Below are positions 25,251 to 37,925 of a DNA stretch of 64,000 nt, in pieces (positions within the stretch are counted from its first letter, which is position 1; every line of letters begins with the position of its first letter). The stretch is from NCBI GenBank assembly GCA_004431415.1, contig QPMI01000129.1, positions 62,001 to 126,000 of the forward strand, in the 5' to 3' direction. Made by a program: the position numbers and the translations under genes. The notes under the pieces were generated by a model. It saw only the letters and a list, made by a program, of their open reading frames with translations, did not search any database and had not been told where the DNA came from. Source of the DNA: Cyanophora paradoxa CCMP329 (taxonomy: Eukaryota > Plantae > Glaucophyta).

Positions 25251-25556
25251 CCTTCAACGCCTCGAGTACGCTTACGCGCACGGTCACACGTCCGCGGTCA
25301 AGCGCTAGCTGACGGTTACGTATGCTGGACGCAGCGGCGGCTCGATCAGATCAACGACGGCTCGATCAGATCAACGACGGAGAGCGACCTTGAGACCGCG
25401 GCTCGGCTCTCCAGGGGGCGAGTTCTCAGCTCGGCCGCCTGAGCCTAAGAAGCGGCGGTTGCCGCATCCAGCCTGATGAGATCGACCTAGCGGCGGCGTC
25501 TGGAGCCATAATCTTCCCGCGCGGCATCGCAAGAGCAGCGCAGCGCTGAGGGGGCC

Positions 25557-28512
25557 ATGTCGGACGCCGCGGTCGGATCCGGTGCGCACGCGAAGCGCCG
25601 GCTTGAAGCCGAGTCGAATCCGCGTCGCCGGTCGCGCTGAGCGCCTCCTCGCCCGCCGGCAGGCGCCGCGTTCGTCGCGGCGCTCCTGACGAATGCCGCC
25701 CTCTTCTTCGTCTTTGCGGGCATATTCCTCTTCTTCCGGAAGCGCGTCCAGATCGTCTACGAGCCGCGAGCCCTCGCGTGCGTCCGTCGAAAAATCGTGG
25801 ACACTTCCTCTGACCGGAAGCTGACCGCTGGGGCGCAGGAGCGACGCGGCTGTTAAGCCGACGTCTCCGGGCGCCCTCGCGTGGATCCGCGACGTGCTGA
25901 GCTACAGCGACGAGCACGTGTACCAGCAGAGCGGCGCGGATGCCGTCATGTACCTGTGCGCCCGCCCGCTCCGCCCGCCCGCCCGTCCGCTTCGCGCCGA
26001 CGGCCGCGCAGGCGGTTCCTTCGGATGGCGGTGGTGGCAGTGCTGGGGCAGGTCGTCTACGGCTGCGTCGTCCTCATGCCGCTCGTGCGCTTCGCCCCCG
26101 CCCGACAGCTGCGGCCGCGGCTCGGCGGCCCCGCTCAGCTCAGCCTCGCGGGGCGCCGCGGCGCGCAGCACGCGACGGGGGAGAACCGCGCGGGCGTCTC
26201 GGGCCTCGAGGTCATCACCGTCGCCGCGGTCCGCCCCGCCGCCGCCCCCGCCGCCCGCCTTGGCCGGCCTCCCACGCCGCGCCCTCCTCTTCGCTGGCCG
26301 CAGGTGGCCTCGGGGTCGCCCCGCCTCGCCGCCCACGCGATCTCCATCGCTCTGAACACCGCCCTCCTCCTCTTCCTCCTCCGCCGCGAGTTCGCCGCCG
26401 TGCGCTCCGGAGCCTCGCCGCCCTCCGCCCCGCCCCGCTCAGCGGCTTCGCCCGTGCAGTACGTGGACTACCGGCTGCGCTCTGTGGCGGAGTGCGCGCC
26501 GCAGAACTACACCCTCATGGTCGCCGACCCGCCGCGGGCCCCCGGCGACCCCCGCGCCGCCCTGCGCGACGCCCTCGCCTCGGCGCTGGAGCGGGTCGGG
26601 GAGGGCGCGGGGGGCGCCCCCTCCGTGGCCGGCGTCGAGGCCGTCGCGCACTTCCCCGACCTGCGGGACCGCATGGAGGAGCGCGAGGCCCTGCTGCTCA
26701 AGGCGGAGGCCAGGCTCGCCAAGGGCCCCGCGGGGAGCCCGACGCCGCCGTGCTGCGCGCCCGCGCCCGCGCCATGGAGGCCGACATGGCGAACCTGCGC
26801 GCCCTCGCCGCCTCGGGCCTCGCGCGGGGCGAGCCGCCCAAGGGCGTCGCCCCCGCCCCCGTCCTCTTCGCCCGCCTCTCGGGCCTCCACCCGGCGGCCG
26901 CGCTCGCCCGGCGGGGCCTCCTGGCCGCGCTGCTCCCCGGCTGCTCCGTCTACCGCGCCCCGGACCCGCGGGCCCTCGTGTGGGGGCACCTCAGCGTGGG
27001 GCGCGCGGGGCGCTCCCTGCGGGCCTTCCTCGTCGCCCTCTGCGTCTTCTGGCTCGTCGCCTTCTGGACCGTCCCCACGTCCGCCCCGCCCCGCCCCGCC
27101 CGGCTCCCTGCACCCCTCCCTGTCCTGCCTCACCTCCCCTCCCCCGCAGGACCTTCGTGCAGGGCCTCGCCAACCTCGAGAGGCTCTTCGACGCGCGTAC
27201 CCCCCGCCGCTCGCGCCCCCCCCCCCCCCCCCCCCCCCGGCCTGACGGGGGCGCAGCTGTTCGGGCAGAAGGAGCGGGCGGCGTCGGTGCCGAAGCCCGT
27301 GGCGGCCTGGGTCCAGGGCTTCCTGCCCCCGCTCTTCGTCGCCATCCTCAACGCCCTCGTCCCCATCGCCGTCCGGTGCCCCCCGGCCCCGTGGCCCCCC
27401 CCTCCCTCCCCCGCGCCCGCTCACAGGGGTACAGCTTCCTCGCGGACCTCTGCGCGCTGCCCTCGCTCGCCCTCGCCGACAGCTTCGTCCTCTCCCGCAT
27501 GGTCGCCTTCAAAGTACCCCCCTGCACACACCCTACCCTGGCCTCTCGCCCACGCACCCACTCCCCCTGCCCTCCAGCTGGTGAACGTGCTGCTGGGGGG
27601 CACGGCGGTGGGCTCCCTCCTGGCGGCCCTGCCCGAGCTGGCCTCGGGCCCGCTGCTCTCGTCGGGCCCGCTGCGCGCCCTGGCGCAGGGCGTGGCGCGC
27701 CAGTCGGCCTTCTTCGCCGCCTTCTGCATGGCCGCCGCCCTCTCCGGGCTGCCCCTCGAGCTCTCCCGCGCCGTGCCCCTCGCCCTGCGCGCCCTCAAGC
27801 TCCGCCTCCTGTGCTCCACCGACCGCCAGCGCGCCGCCGCCGACGCCGACGCCTCCGGACCCTTCCCATTCCCCCTCGCCTACGCCGCCCATGTCCTCGT
27901 CTTCGCCATCGCGCGCCCCCCTTCCCCTCCCTCCCTCCCCCGCTCGTGTGCCCCCGCTCACCCCCCCCCCCCCCCCCCCCGCAGGCGCTGGTGTACTCCC
28001 CCTGGGCGCCGTTCGTGGGCCTGTGGGCGCTGCTCTACTTCGGGCTGGCGGCGCTGGCGCACGGGTACCTGGTCCTCTTCGTGCACGAGCCGGGGTACCT
28101 CGCCGCCGGCCTCGGCTGGCGCCGCGCGGCGGGGGCCCTCGCCTGGGCCCAGCTCCTCCACCACGCCCTCGCCGCCTTCCAGCTCGCCGCCCTCGGCGCC
28201 CCCGCCCCCGCCGCCGTCGCCGCCGCCTGCCTCCTCGCAGGCGCCCTCGGCTTCTGGCTCCTCGCGCGCGCGGCGGAGCGGCGGTTCGAGGGGCGGTGCG
28301 TGGAGGCGTGCGCCGAGGGGGACACGCTGCACGGGGCGCGCGCGGGGGCGGTGGTGGGGGCGGCGGGGGCGTGGTACACGCAGGCCGAGACGGCGGCGCC
28401 GGACGCGAAGCGCCGGGCGTACGGCCCCGCGGGGAGCGCCGAGACGGCGCATGTCGTCGACTCGCTGAGCCTCGGGAGCCCCCCGCTCGCCTCCTCCCTC
28501 GTCGTCCCCTAG
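25557..28512 (+). CDS. OSCA/TMEM63 (CSC1/ERD4-like) mechanosensitive channel
   Basis: N-terminal TM then IVYEPR, GADAVMYLRFLRM, NYTLMV, RAPDPRALVWGHL, FWTVP, VQGFLPPL and FPFPLAYA. Confidence 0.88.
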
Positions 28513-28760
28513 CCGGCCCCCGGCGCAGGGGCGGCCTCCCTCAAATGTCTCAACTTGTAGTTCGATTCAATGATTCAAGAGCATGCGCAGTAGTAGCTGT
28601 ATACGTAATACGGTAGCACAATAGTGTTCTTAAATTTACACGCTTTATTTACACGCTTAACTTGAAACGCGGAATTCGAAAGCCCCGAAGGCTTGGATCC
28701 GGAGCTCGAGGAAAATGAGGCGTCATGATCAAGTCCGACGGTCGGAGTTTTGCGCCCCGC

Positions 28761-31700
28761 TCACCCCTTGATGACCCCGATGGGGCGCAGGCGGAGCACC
28801 TGCGCGGGCACGGGGCGGGCCCCGGCGTCGGCGTCGGCCTCGGATCCCGTGGGAGGGGAGCTCGAGGCGCTAGGCGAAGGGGGAAGGGACCTTCTTGGAG
28901 ATGCCGGCCTCATGGCAGGTGTCGACGACGGCCGTCACGTCCTTGTACGCCCCGGGGGCCTCCTCCTGCGCCCGCCCCGCCCGCGCGTGAGGCCCGAGGG
29001 AACGGCGCCGCCACGGGCGGCGTTGGCGGGGGCGGGGCGGGGCGGGCGGACGCCGACGAGCTTGGGGGTGGCGACGCGGATGGAGATCCCCTTCCGCTCG
29101 AGGTCCGCCAGCACCTGCCACGCGACGACGTCGGACGTCAGCAAGCTTAAGGCTGAAGCTCTAATCTCGGTGAGAGGGAGCGGGGCGGCACCTCGGCGTG
29201 GCCGAAGCTCCGGGCCGCGTGGCGGGACTGCACGCGCCCCGCCCCGTGGCACGTGCTCCCGAACGTCTCCCGCATGGCGCCCTCCGTCCCCACCAGCACG
29301 TACGAGCACGTCCCCATCGAGCCGCCGATCAGCACCGGCTGGCCGACCTCCTGCGCCGCCGGGCTCAGCGCCAGCGTCGCCTCTCGTTCGGGCGGGGCGG
29401 ACGCGGTAGGCGGCGGGGACGAGGGGGTGGCCGGGGCCGAAGGCGCGCGTGGCGCCCTTGCGGTGGACGAGGAGGCGGCGCGGCCGCCCGTCCACCACGT
29501 GCTCCTCCTCCTGCCGGCCCCCGCGTCAGCCCGCGCCGGCAAGCAGCTCGAGGCGGCGCTCTCGCCTTTGCGATGTTGTGGCACACGTCGTACACGAGGT
29601 GCATGCCCAGCTCCCGCGCGTCCTGCCCCACGACGCGCCCCGCCGTTGGCGCCGCCGTCAGCGCGGGCGCGACGGGTCTAGATCTGCAGAGCTCGAGCTT
29701 GAGTACGTCGGCCGGACCTTCTTGAAGAAGTCGGCGAAGACGCGGCGGGTGAGGTGCGTCATGAAGGAGCGGTTCACCCACGCTGCCGCCCCCGCCCCCG
29801 CCGCCTCAGCGCGCTAGACGCGCCCGACGCGCGCGATCGCGAGGGGCGAGTCCCGCACCGAAGTTGGCCGCCGCGTACTGCGCGCGCGCCGCGCTCGCGT
29901 CAGCCATCGGAAGAACGGGACGGGGGCGGGCCGGAGGCGGGGCCGGGGCGCGCCATGGCGGCGATGTAGTCCTGGCCCTCCTTCGAGTGGATGCGCGCGC
30001 ACGCGAGCTGCGCGTGGCGCCGGCCGCTCAGAGGGCGGGGGCGTAGGGGGCGGGCAAGGGGCGGGGCGGGCGGGGGCGCCTGGCGGTCGTTGAGCTTGAT
30101 CTTGTCGCGCGCCATCACCCGGTCCATGTCCTGCCTGGGGCGTAAGAGAGACGGCCGGCGGGCGGGCGGGAGGCCGGGGGGGGCGGGGGGCGGGCCTGGA
30201 GGGCGTCGGTGGCGACCTGGTGCCCGAGGCCACGGGAGCCGCAGTGCAGCATGACCACCACCTGCGCCGCATCAGAGCGGAGCCAGCAGCCGGCGGCGAT
30301 CTCGAGGAGGGGGCGGGGGCGGGCGGGCCTGGCCGACGGCGGTGATGCCCATCGCGCGCGCCGCCGCCTCGTCGAAGATCTCGTCCACCACCTCCCGAGG
30401 GGGTCAGGGAGGCGAAAGACACGCTCCAGCGGCCGGCGCCGGGGCTACCTGGATCTCCTCGTAGTGGTTCCCGGCGCCGAGGGTCCCGATCTGCGAGAGG
30501 CCGCGCTTCTTGGCCCGCCCCGACACCTTCCCCGGGTCCGCGTTCCGCAGGCGCCCGCCCTTCCGAAGCGATCGAGGCGGTCAAAGAGGGCGACCGTGCC
30601 AGCGCTGGGTCACGAGGAGGGCACCTCCTCGCAGTGGGTGAGGTCCTCGGGCCAGGCGTGGCCCTTCTCCAGCGACCACTCCATGCCCCGCGCCAGCACC
30701 TGCCCGCCGCTCAGGGCCCGAAGGCCCGCGCCAGGGGGCGGGGCGCGGGCGGGTTGGGGAGCGCACGTCGTCCAGCTCGCGCGTGTTGAGGGTGAGCGAG
30801 CCCTGGCTGCCCACGCCCACCGGCACCGACCTGCGCGCGCGCGCGCGCCCCGGGCTCGCGATCGGCGGGGCGGGCCGGGGCGGGCGGGCGGGGGCGGTGA
30901 CTTGTAGAGGAGGTCGGTGAGGCGCTCGCGGTGCGGGGCGACCTCATCCTCCGTCAGGTTCGTCCGGATCAGCCGCACCCCGCAGTTGATGTCGAACCCC
31001 ACGCCTGCCCCGCGCGCGCGAGAGAGAGAGGACGCGCGCGCGCGCGGTTGTCGGCGTCGTGGGGAGGAGACGGGAAAGCGCGGGGGCACCTCCGGGGCTC
31101 ACGACGGCCTGCGGGTCCTCCATGTCCATCGCAGCGACGTTCCTGCGAACGCGGTCGGCCGAGCCCGCCTCGGGCCGGCCGCGGGGCGCGCGGGATCAAA
31201 TTCGATTCTACATAAAACCCCGCACCCGATGGCGAAGCCGTAGCCGGAGTGGATGTCGGGCATGCCGATGGAGGCGCCGACGATGCCCGGGAGCGACGCG
31301 ACGTTGGCGATCTGGCGGGGCGCGGGCAGGAAGCCGCCGCCCTTCCCCGCGCTCGCATGCTCCAGCTCCTCAAAGACCACCTCTGCGAGCGGCTGGTTCA
31401 CGAAGAACCGCCCCTCCACCTGTTGAAGGAAAACTGTCAGGCCTAGACACTAGGCGCAAGGCGCGCAAGCTCGAGGATCCCGGAATTCGAAGCTTAAGCG
31501 CGCGTATACGCATGCGCACGTTCATGCCAGGGACATAGCCCTTCTTGATCTAAGGCGAACGTCAGCGCGCATCGAATGCCGTTGAATATGAAGAAATGGG
31601 CGTAGGGCCTCGAGCGCGGCGCGCGCCGGCGCACAGCGGCTTGAAGCTTTAGGGCGCTGGGCGCGCTGGGCGCGTACGCGTGCGGCGCGCACCCTGTATG

Positions 31701-31842
31701 TCACGGCGTTGATCTGCTCGATCATTGGATGGGGACGCGAGCTCGCGCTCGTAGCCATCGTGCCGCTCGCTCCTTCGCCCTCGCCGCTGTGCTTCGCTTT
31801 GCCCTTGCTGCCCGGCATCATAACCGACGCGATCGATTCCAT
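28761..31842 (-). CDS. RTCB: RNA-splicing ligase RtcB (eukaryotic type)
   Basis: Motifs [70 protein letters not shown] and LRPIGVIKG*. Start approximate. Confidence 0.97.
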
Positions 31843-32388
31843 TTCGTGCAGGCGCCGGCTAAAGAACAGCGGCTTTGGATGAAATGTGAGCCCATCTGAC
31901 CCCCTCGAGGCGTACCCCTCGAACGCGGTGCCAACTGGCCTGGCCGGCCTCCTGGCGTGTCCCCCGCCGCTTCTTTATCCACAAGCATCTCTTTAATTTC
32001 TTTCTGGGCTGACACTACGACCCGGTGCGCGCCGTGGATCATTTCAAGCGCCGACGCCCCGCGGGACCTGCCGAGCGTCGCATGGGCTACGAGCGAGAGT
32101 TCGGGACCCTGCAAACCCATTCGCGTCCCGTCCCGTTGTCGCGGCGCTCGTTTACGTGTTTGAGTGGCGCGCCGCCACGACCGGCGCAGCTAGCAGAGCG
32201 CGAGCAACGAGCTAGCGCTTCAAACCGAGCGAACTGCGTGCGCGCTAGGCGTTGGGTTCTACTCAAGACCATGCAACGGGCGCTGTCGCTGGACCTAACC
32301 TCCGGCCGATATCGATGCATCCGCAGATCTAGACGCCCCGCGAGCGCACGCCGCCGTCGCGGCTGACCTGGGGGCCGGTGGCAGGGGC

Positions 32389-33377
32389 GATGATGAGCCC
32401 GGGGCCGGTGCAGGCGGGCGAGCTGCCGGAGGAGTCGGACTTCGACCTCGTGGAGCTCGCCGCGGTGGCCCCTGGCGTCCGCCTCGACCTGCGCTACGCG
32501 ACGGCCGACAACTTCGTCGGGAGGCCGCTCTACGAGACCCGGCGCTGCTTCGCGCGGCGGGCCGTGGCCTACAAGCTCGCCGCCGCCCAGCGCGAGCTCG
32601 AGCGCATGGGTCTCACCCTCCTCGTCTGGGACCTCTACAGGCGCGCAGGCAGCGCCCGCGGCCGCGTGGCCGCCAAAGCAGAGTCCTCAGCTTCTCACGC
32701 TTGCGTCCGCGCAGGCCGCGGGGGGTGCAACAGGCGCTGTGGGCGATCACGCCGGACGAGCGGTACGTGGCGGACCCGCGGAAGGGCTCCAACCACAACC
32801 GCGCCGCCGCCGTCGACTGCACCCTCGCCGACCGCGCCGGCGCGCCCCTCCCCATGCCCTCCCCCTTCGACGACTTCTCCGAGGTCCGCTTGCCCGGGCC
32901 GGGGTAGGGCTACGCTTCCCCCCGCCCCGCACTCAACGCTGTACCCCCCAGAGAGCGCACCGGGGCTACGAGGGGGGTACGGCGGAGCAGCGGGCAAACC
33001 GGGACCTTCTCGAGGAGGTCATGGCCAAGCACGGCTTCATCGGGTGCGCGTACCCCCGTCCCTTTATCCCAGTACCTCCTTTATGGCAGTACCCCTCACC
33101 ACGGCCGCGGCCGGTCTCGCAGGCTGCCGACGGTGACCCTGACCTGCCCCTCCCTTCCCCCTACCCCCCCGCCCCCCCCCCCCCCCCCCCCCCCCCCCCC
33201 GCCTGATTCGGGGGTACGGCGGTGCAGGAGTGGTGGCACTTCGACTGCGGGGACGCGGCGGGGTACGAGCTGCTGGACGTGCCCCTCGGCAGGCTCGCCG
33301 CCGAGCTGGACCGGCAGGAGGCCGAGGGCTGGGCCTCCCGCGGCGCCCGCCTCCCCTTCTACCCCCTCTTCGCCTGA
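32389..33377 (+). CDS. vanX: Second D-Ala-D-Ala dipeptidase (VanX/DdpX) paralogue
   Basis: ESDFDLVE, DLRYATADNFVG, DLYR|P, SNHNRAAAVD, HGFIG-LPT-EWWHF, ending PFYPLFA*. No MAAF presequence seen. A short upstream exon near 32271 is possible. Confidence 0.92.
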
Positions 33378-34361
33378 CTCGGCGAGCGCCGCCCCCGGGC
33401 CCAGGCCCTCCGGACCCCCGCCTTATCCGCTCCGCCCGCCCGCCCGCTCCCGTGTCCCGTACCCACTCCTTCATGATCATGGCACCGCCTTGACCCCCGA
33501 CACTTTCCACGTATCCGTGCATGCCTCCCCTCCGTATCCGCTCCGCCCCTCGCCTCCTCGGGGCCCGTACACATCCCTTCAGGGCCTCGCTTTGGCCCCG
33601 TCAGTCTCCACGTGCACGATTCCCCTTCGAATTCCGCATCAGCCTCCAAGCCCGTCCTCCTCCTTCGAATTCCCTTCGAATTCGAAACCCGACTCGGCGA
33701 GATCCCATTCATGATCAGTCTGCTGCTGGCAGCCTCCGATGCTCTCCGTTCCCTCCCTAGGCCTCCTAGCCTATTCTCTGGTGGACTACAATGCATAAAA
33801 TATGCCTGAATCGCTGACTTTAGTTTACGGAACTCGGAATGACAAGATGCACGAGGCTCATGATGAAGACTCTGAGACTTGCCAAGTTGAAGTCGTACGC
33901 CCATAGCAGTCAGCAGCCTGCAGCTGGCCCCAGTGGCAGCGCATTGGAGCGATTCAATTGCAATGATTTCGTGCGCTCAGCCTTGGCCATGGCAGCGGCG
34001 CGCGGGCGGCGGCTCGACCGACGTTCAACGTTAACGTTGTCACGGTAACGCTAGCGCTGTACATGTCACAGCTCTTCAAGGCTTCGGATTCCGAAGTTCA
34101 AATGATCATGATTCCGAGTTCAAACTTGGAGCACCGGTACCGGCACATGTACTACGGTACAGGGGCCGTATACGTGCTCAGGGCCTAGCGTAGTACGCTG
34201 ATGCTATTTCGTGGCTTTGGCTCAAGACTTCGAGATTGAGAGTTCGTTTTGAAACTGCCTGGATTGCAAATTGGTTTCAGGTGTAGACTACGTAATCTAA
34301 ATCAAAGCGCTGCCGGCTTGAAACTACACTGCGGGGTGGATCAATCTGCGCGGGCCCCCGG

Positions 34362-37300
34362 CTAGAGGGCGCCGGCGGGGGAGGCGCGGAGGAGGATGGC
34401 GCCGGGCCCGTGGAAGCGCACGGTGGGGGCCCCCGGCCGCTCCGCCGTCCCCCGCACCAGCTCGGGCCCCCGCTCGGGCGCCTGCTCGCCGGCCACGTAG
34501 TCGGCATCCTGCGTCGTCAGCACCACGCTCCACGTCTGAGAGAGGCCAGTCAGGGGGGGGGCTCGAGCAGCGGGGTGCGCGGGCCGGGCCGGCTCGCCTT
34601 GGGGGCGGCGGCCCAGGCGTCCCACTCGGCGGCCGCGGCGGCGCGGCTGCCCGAGACGCCGTCCATCGAGCCGCGCCGCTCGCGCTCGCCGGGGGACGAG
34701 GCGGGCGCGAGGGCCGGGGAGGCGGGGCCCGAGGCGGGGCCGGGGCGGCCGGCGAGGCTCGGGGAGCCCTTGGAGAGGGACATGGAGCGGACGAGCTTGG
34801 AGAAGAAGCCCTCGCCCTCCCCTCCCTCCCCCTCGCCCTTGCCTGCCGCGGCGGCGGCGGCGGGCCCAAGGTCGAAGGGCGGGGGCGGGAGGGCGCCCCC
34901 CGGGAGCTCCTCGTCCCCCGTCCAGCGCGGGTCCAGGATGGCGTGCCCCTCCAGGTCCACCGTCTCCGTCGCCGACGCGCGCGTGTGGCCGGCGGCAACG
35001 CCGGGCCCGCCCCCGAGCTGCACCGGCGCCGCCCGTCAGAGGCGGGGGGCGGGGCGGGGCGGGCTGGCTGGAGGGCGGGCCTTGCAGAGGAGGAGGAAGG
35101 CGGCGTCCGAGGGGCGCTTGGGGCGGCGCGCGACGGCGACCACGTCGGGCTCGAAGGCGGCCACCGCGAAGCCGGCGCGGTGGCGGTTGCGGAAGGCGGG
35201 GCGGCTGGCGCGCAGGGCGAGGAGGTCCCGGTAGAGCCGCAGCGCCGCCCCGTGGGCCCCCGCCTCCCGCTCCTCCCACCGCAGCTTCGACCGCTCGAAC
35301 GTGCCCCGGTCCTGCGAGTGGACGGCGACGGCCTCAGCGGCCGCCTCGGGCTCGGATGCAGCTGGGGGGGGCACCTGGGGGTCGGGGACGTTGCGGGGGT
35401 CCGAGAAGCCCTTGACGTGCGCGAACTCGCGCCGCCGGCCCTCCGTCACCCCGTTCCCCACCTGCCCGCCACCCGTCAGGCAGGGGGAGAGGGGGAGGAA
35501 AGAGGGGGGGGGGGGAGAAAAGGAGGGGGAGGAAAGAGGGGGGGGGGGCGCACGTGGCCGGCGTGGTTGGTGAAGAACTGGAAGGGGCTGGAGGCGGCGA
35601 ACTCCTGCCCCATGAAGAGCAGCGCCGTGTGGGGCAGGCAGAGCAGCAGCGCGCTGCAGGCCCGGTACAGCGCCCCGTCCACCACGTGCGAGAAGCGGTC
35701 CCCCAGCGGCCGGTTCCCCACCTGAGGGCCGGCCAGGGCGGTCATTCAGAGGGGCGGGGGCGGGCGGTTTTGGGGACGGGGGAGGGCGCCTGGTCGTGGT
35801 TGTCGAGGTAGACGACGAACTTGCTCATGTCGGTGAGGGTCGAGGGGTCCGCCGGCGGCTCCCGCCCGTCGAAGCCGGCCTCGCGGGGCCCCGTGTAGTG
35901 CCAGCCCCGCCGGATCGCCAGCGCGAGGTCGGCGACGGTGCCGCCGCCGGTGCCGTAGTCGCCGTGGAGGTGGAGGGTCGGGTGGGGGATGAGGAGCTTG
36001 AGCTGGTGGTGGAAGTCGTCCGTCCACGTCCCCGAGCACCCGTACCCGCCCCGCTCGCCCGGCCAGTAGAGGAGAGGCCAGCGGTGCATGCTCTCCAGGA
36101 TCACCTCGCAGGCCCGCCCCGAGGGGGCCAGCGAGGCGCGGAGGAGGGCGGGGAGCTCGTGCAGGAAGTGGCGCCCGCGGTCGTCAAAGAGGTTGTGCGC
36201 CGAGTCGAGGCGGAGGCCGTCGATGCGGTACTCGTGCACCCACATCAGCGCGTTCTCGGCGAAGAACCAGCGCAGGTCCGTGCCGAGGTCGTTCGCGGCG
36301 CCCCAGGGGACCTTGTGCTTCCGGCTCGAGATGTTCGGGTTGTACACGTGCATGTAGTGCCCGTCCGGCCCGAAGTGGTTGTACCTGCCCCCGAATTCAA
36401 AAATTCGAATTCGAAAAGAGTTTTGGGCCGGCGCGGGGGTACGGGGGCGCACACGACGTCGAGGTAGACGGCGATGCCGAGGCGGTGCGCCTCGTCGACG
36501 AAGGCGCGGAGGTCGTCGGGGGCGCCGTAGCAGCGCGGCACGGCGAAGAGCTGGGTGCCGTCGTAGCCCCAGTTGCGGTCCCCCGGGAACTCGGCCATGG
36601 GCAGCAGCTCGACGGCGTCGATGCCGCACGCCGCGAGGTCCGCCAGCCGCCCCCGCGCCGCCTTCAGCGTCCCCTCCCGCGTGAACGCCCCCACGTGGAG
36701 CTCGTAGATGCAGGCCGTGTCGCGCAGCGCGCGCCCGCGCCAGGCGGCGTCGGTCCAGCGGAAGGCGCGGGGGTCGACGACGGCGGACCAGCCGTGCGGG
36801 CCCTCCGGGCTGTACCGCGCCGCGGGGTCCGGGAACGTGTCGTGCGCGTTGGCGTGCAGCCCGAAGCTGCCGGGAGGGAGGACGAGGTCAGGGGAGGGGA
36901 AGAGGAATGGCGGGCGGGGGGGCGCGGGGACCGGTAGACGTCGCCGGGGCAGACGCCGCCGACCCAACCCTCCCAGAACTGCCCGTTGACGGAGCGGCGC
37001 AGGACCTGCCGCAGCTGCCCCGAGCGCCCGTGCGCCCGCCGCTCCACCAGCACCTCCACGTGCGCCGGCTGCGGCGCCCACACCCGGAAGAACGCCCCGT
37101 CGCCCTCAGGCCACGCCCCGAGGTACGGCCGCCAGCCGTCGGAGGCGTCGTAGTCGCGCGGGGCGGCGCGCCAGAGGCCGAAGGTCTCGAAGGAGTACTT
37201 GGGGCAGTCGGGGAGGTTGCCGGGGAGCACCGGCAGGCGCCCCGCGTACGGCTTCTTCCACCCGGGCGTCCCCGGCGCCGCCTCCGCCTCCCCCGCCTTC

Positions 37301-37893
37301 ACCGCCGGCGACTTGGGCGGCGCCACGGCCGGGGCCGGGGCCGGGGCCGGGGCCGGGGCGGGGCGGGGCCCGGGAGGGCTTCGGGGGCGGCGGGGCCGGG
37401 GCGGGGGCCGGGGCGGGGGCCGGGGCGGGGGCCGGGGGCGGGGCGTGGGGACGGGAAGGTGGCGAGGCCGGCGGGGACCTCGACGACGTTGTTCGTCGCC
37501 TCCAGCGCCGCGTCCCGCACCGCCCGCTGCCCCCGCCCCACCGCCTCGCCCCGGCCCGCCGCCCGGCCGGGCGGGGCGGGGCGGGGCGAGGCGGTGGGTA
37601 CCTGGTCCGGCGCGTGCATCCACTTGCCGTCCACCACGTACTTGTACCTGAGGGGGGAAGAACTCGCGGGGGTACGAGCCGAGGGAGTGGAAGGGGTAGG
37701 TACCGGTAGAGGCCCGGATCGAGATACACGATCCCCGTGTAAAGGTCCCTCCCGTCTGGCGCCGGGGAATTAAGGGGAGGGGGGTGAAGGCGGAAGGGGG
37801 GTACTGCGCACCAGCTTTGACGAGGGGCACGTAGTGCTTCCACTCGGCGAAGTCGCCGGTCACAGAGACCTGCCGGCCCGGGAGGGTTCGCCA

Positions 37894-37925
<32 letters not shown>

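Noticed and set aside
12211-33377. vanX as a vancomycin-resistance locus or bacterial contamination
   Set aside because: No vanH/A/R/S genes, and both copies carry host-type spliceosomal introns among eukaryotic genes.
33860-33880. C/D-box-like ATGATGA...CTGA
   Set aside because: The boxes are only a few nt apart, with no guide region or terminal stem supportable.
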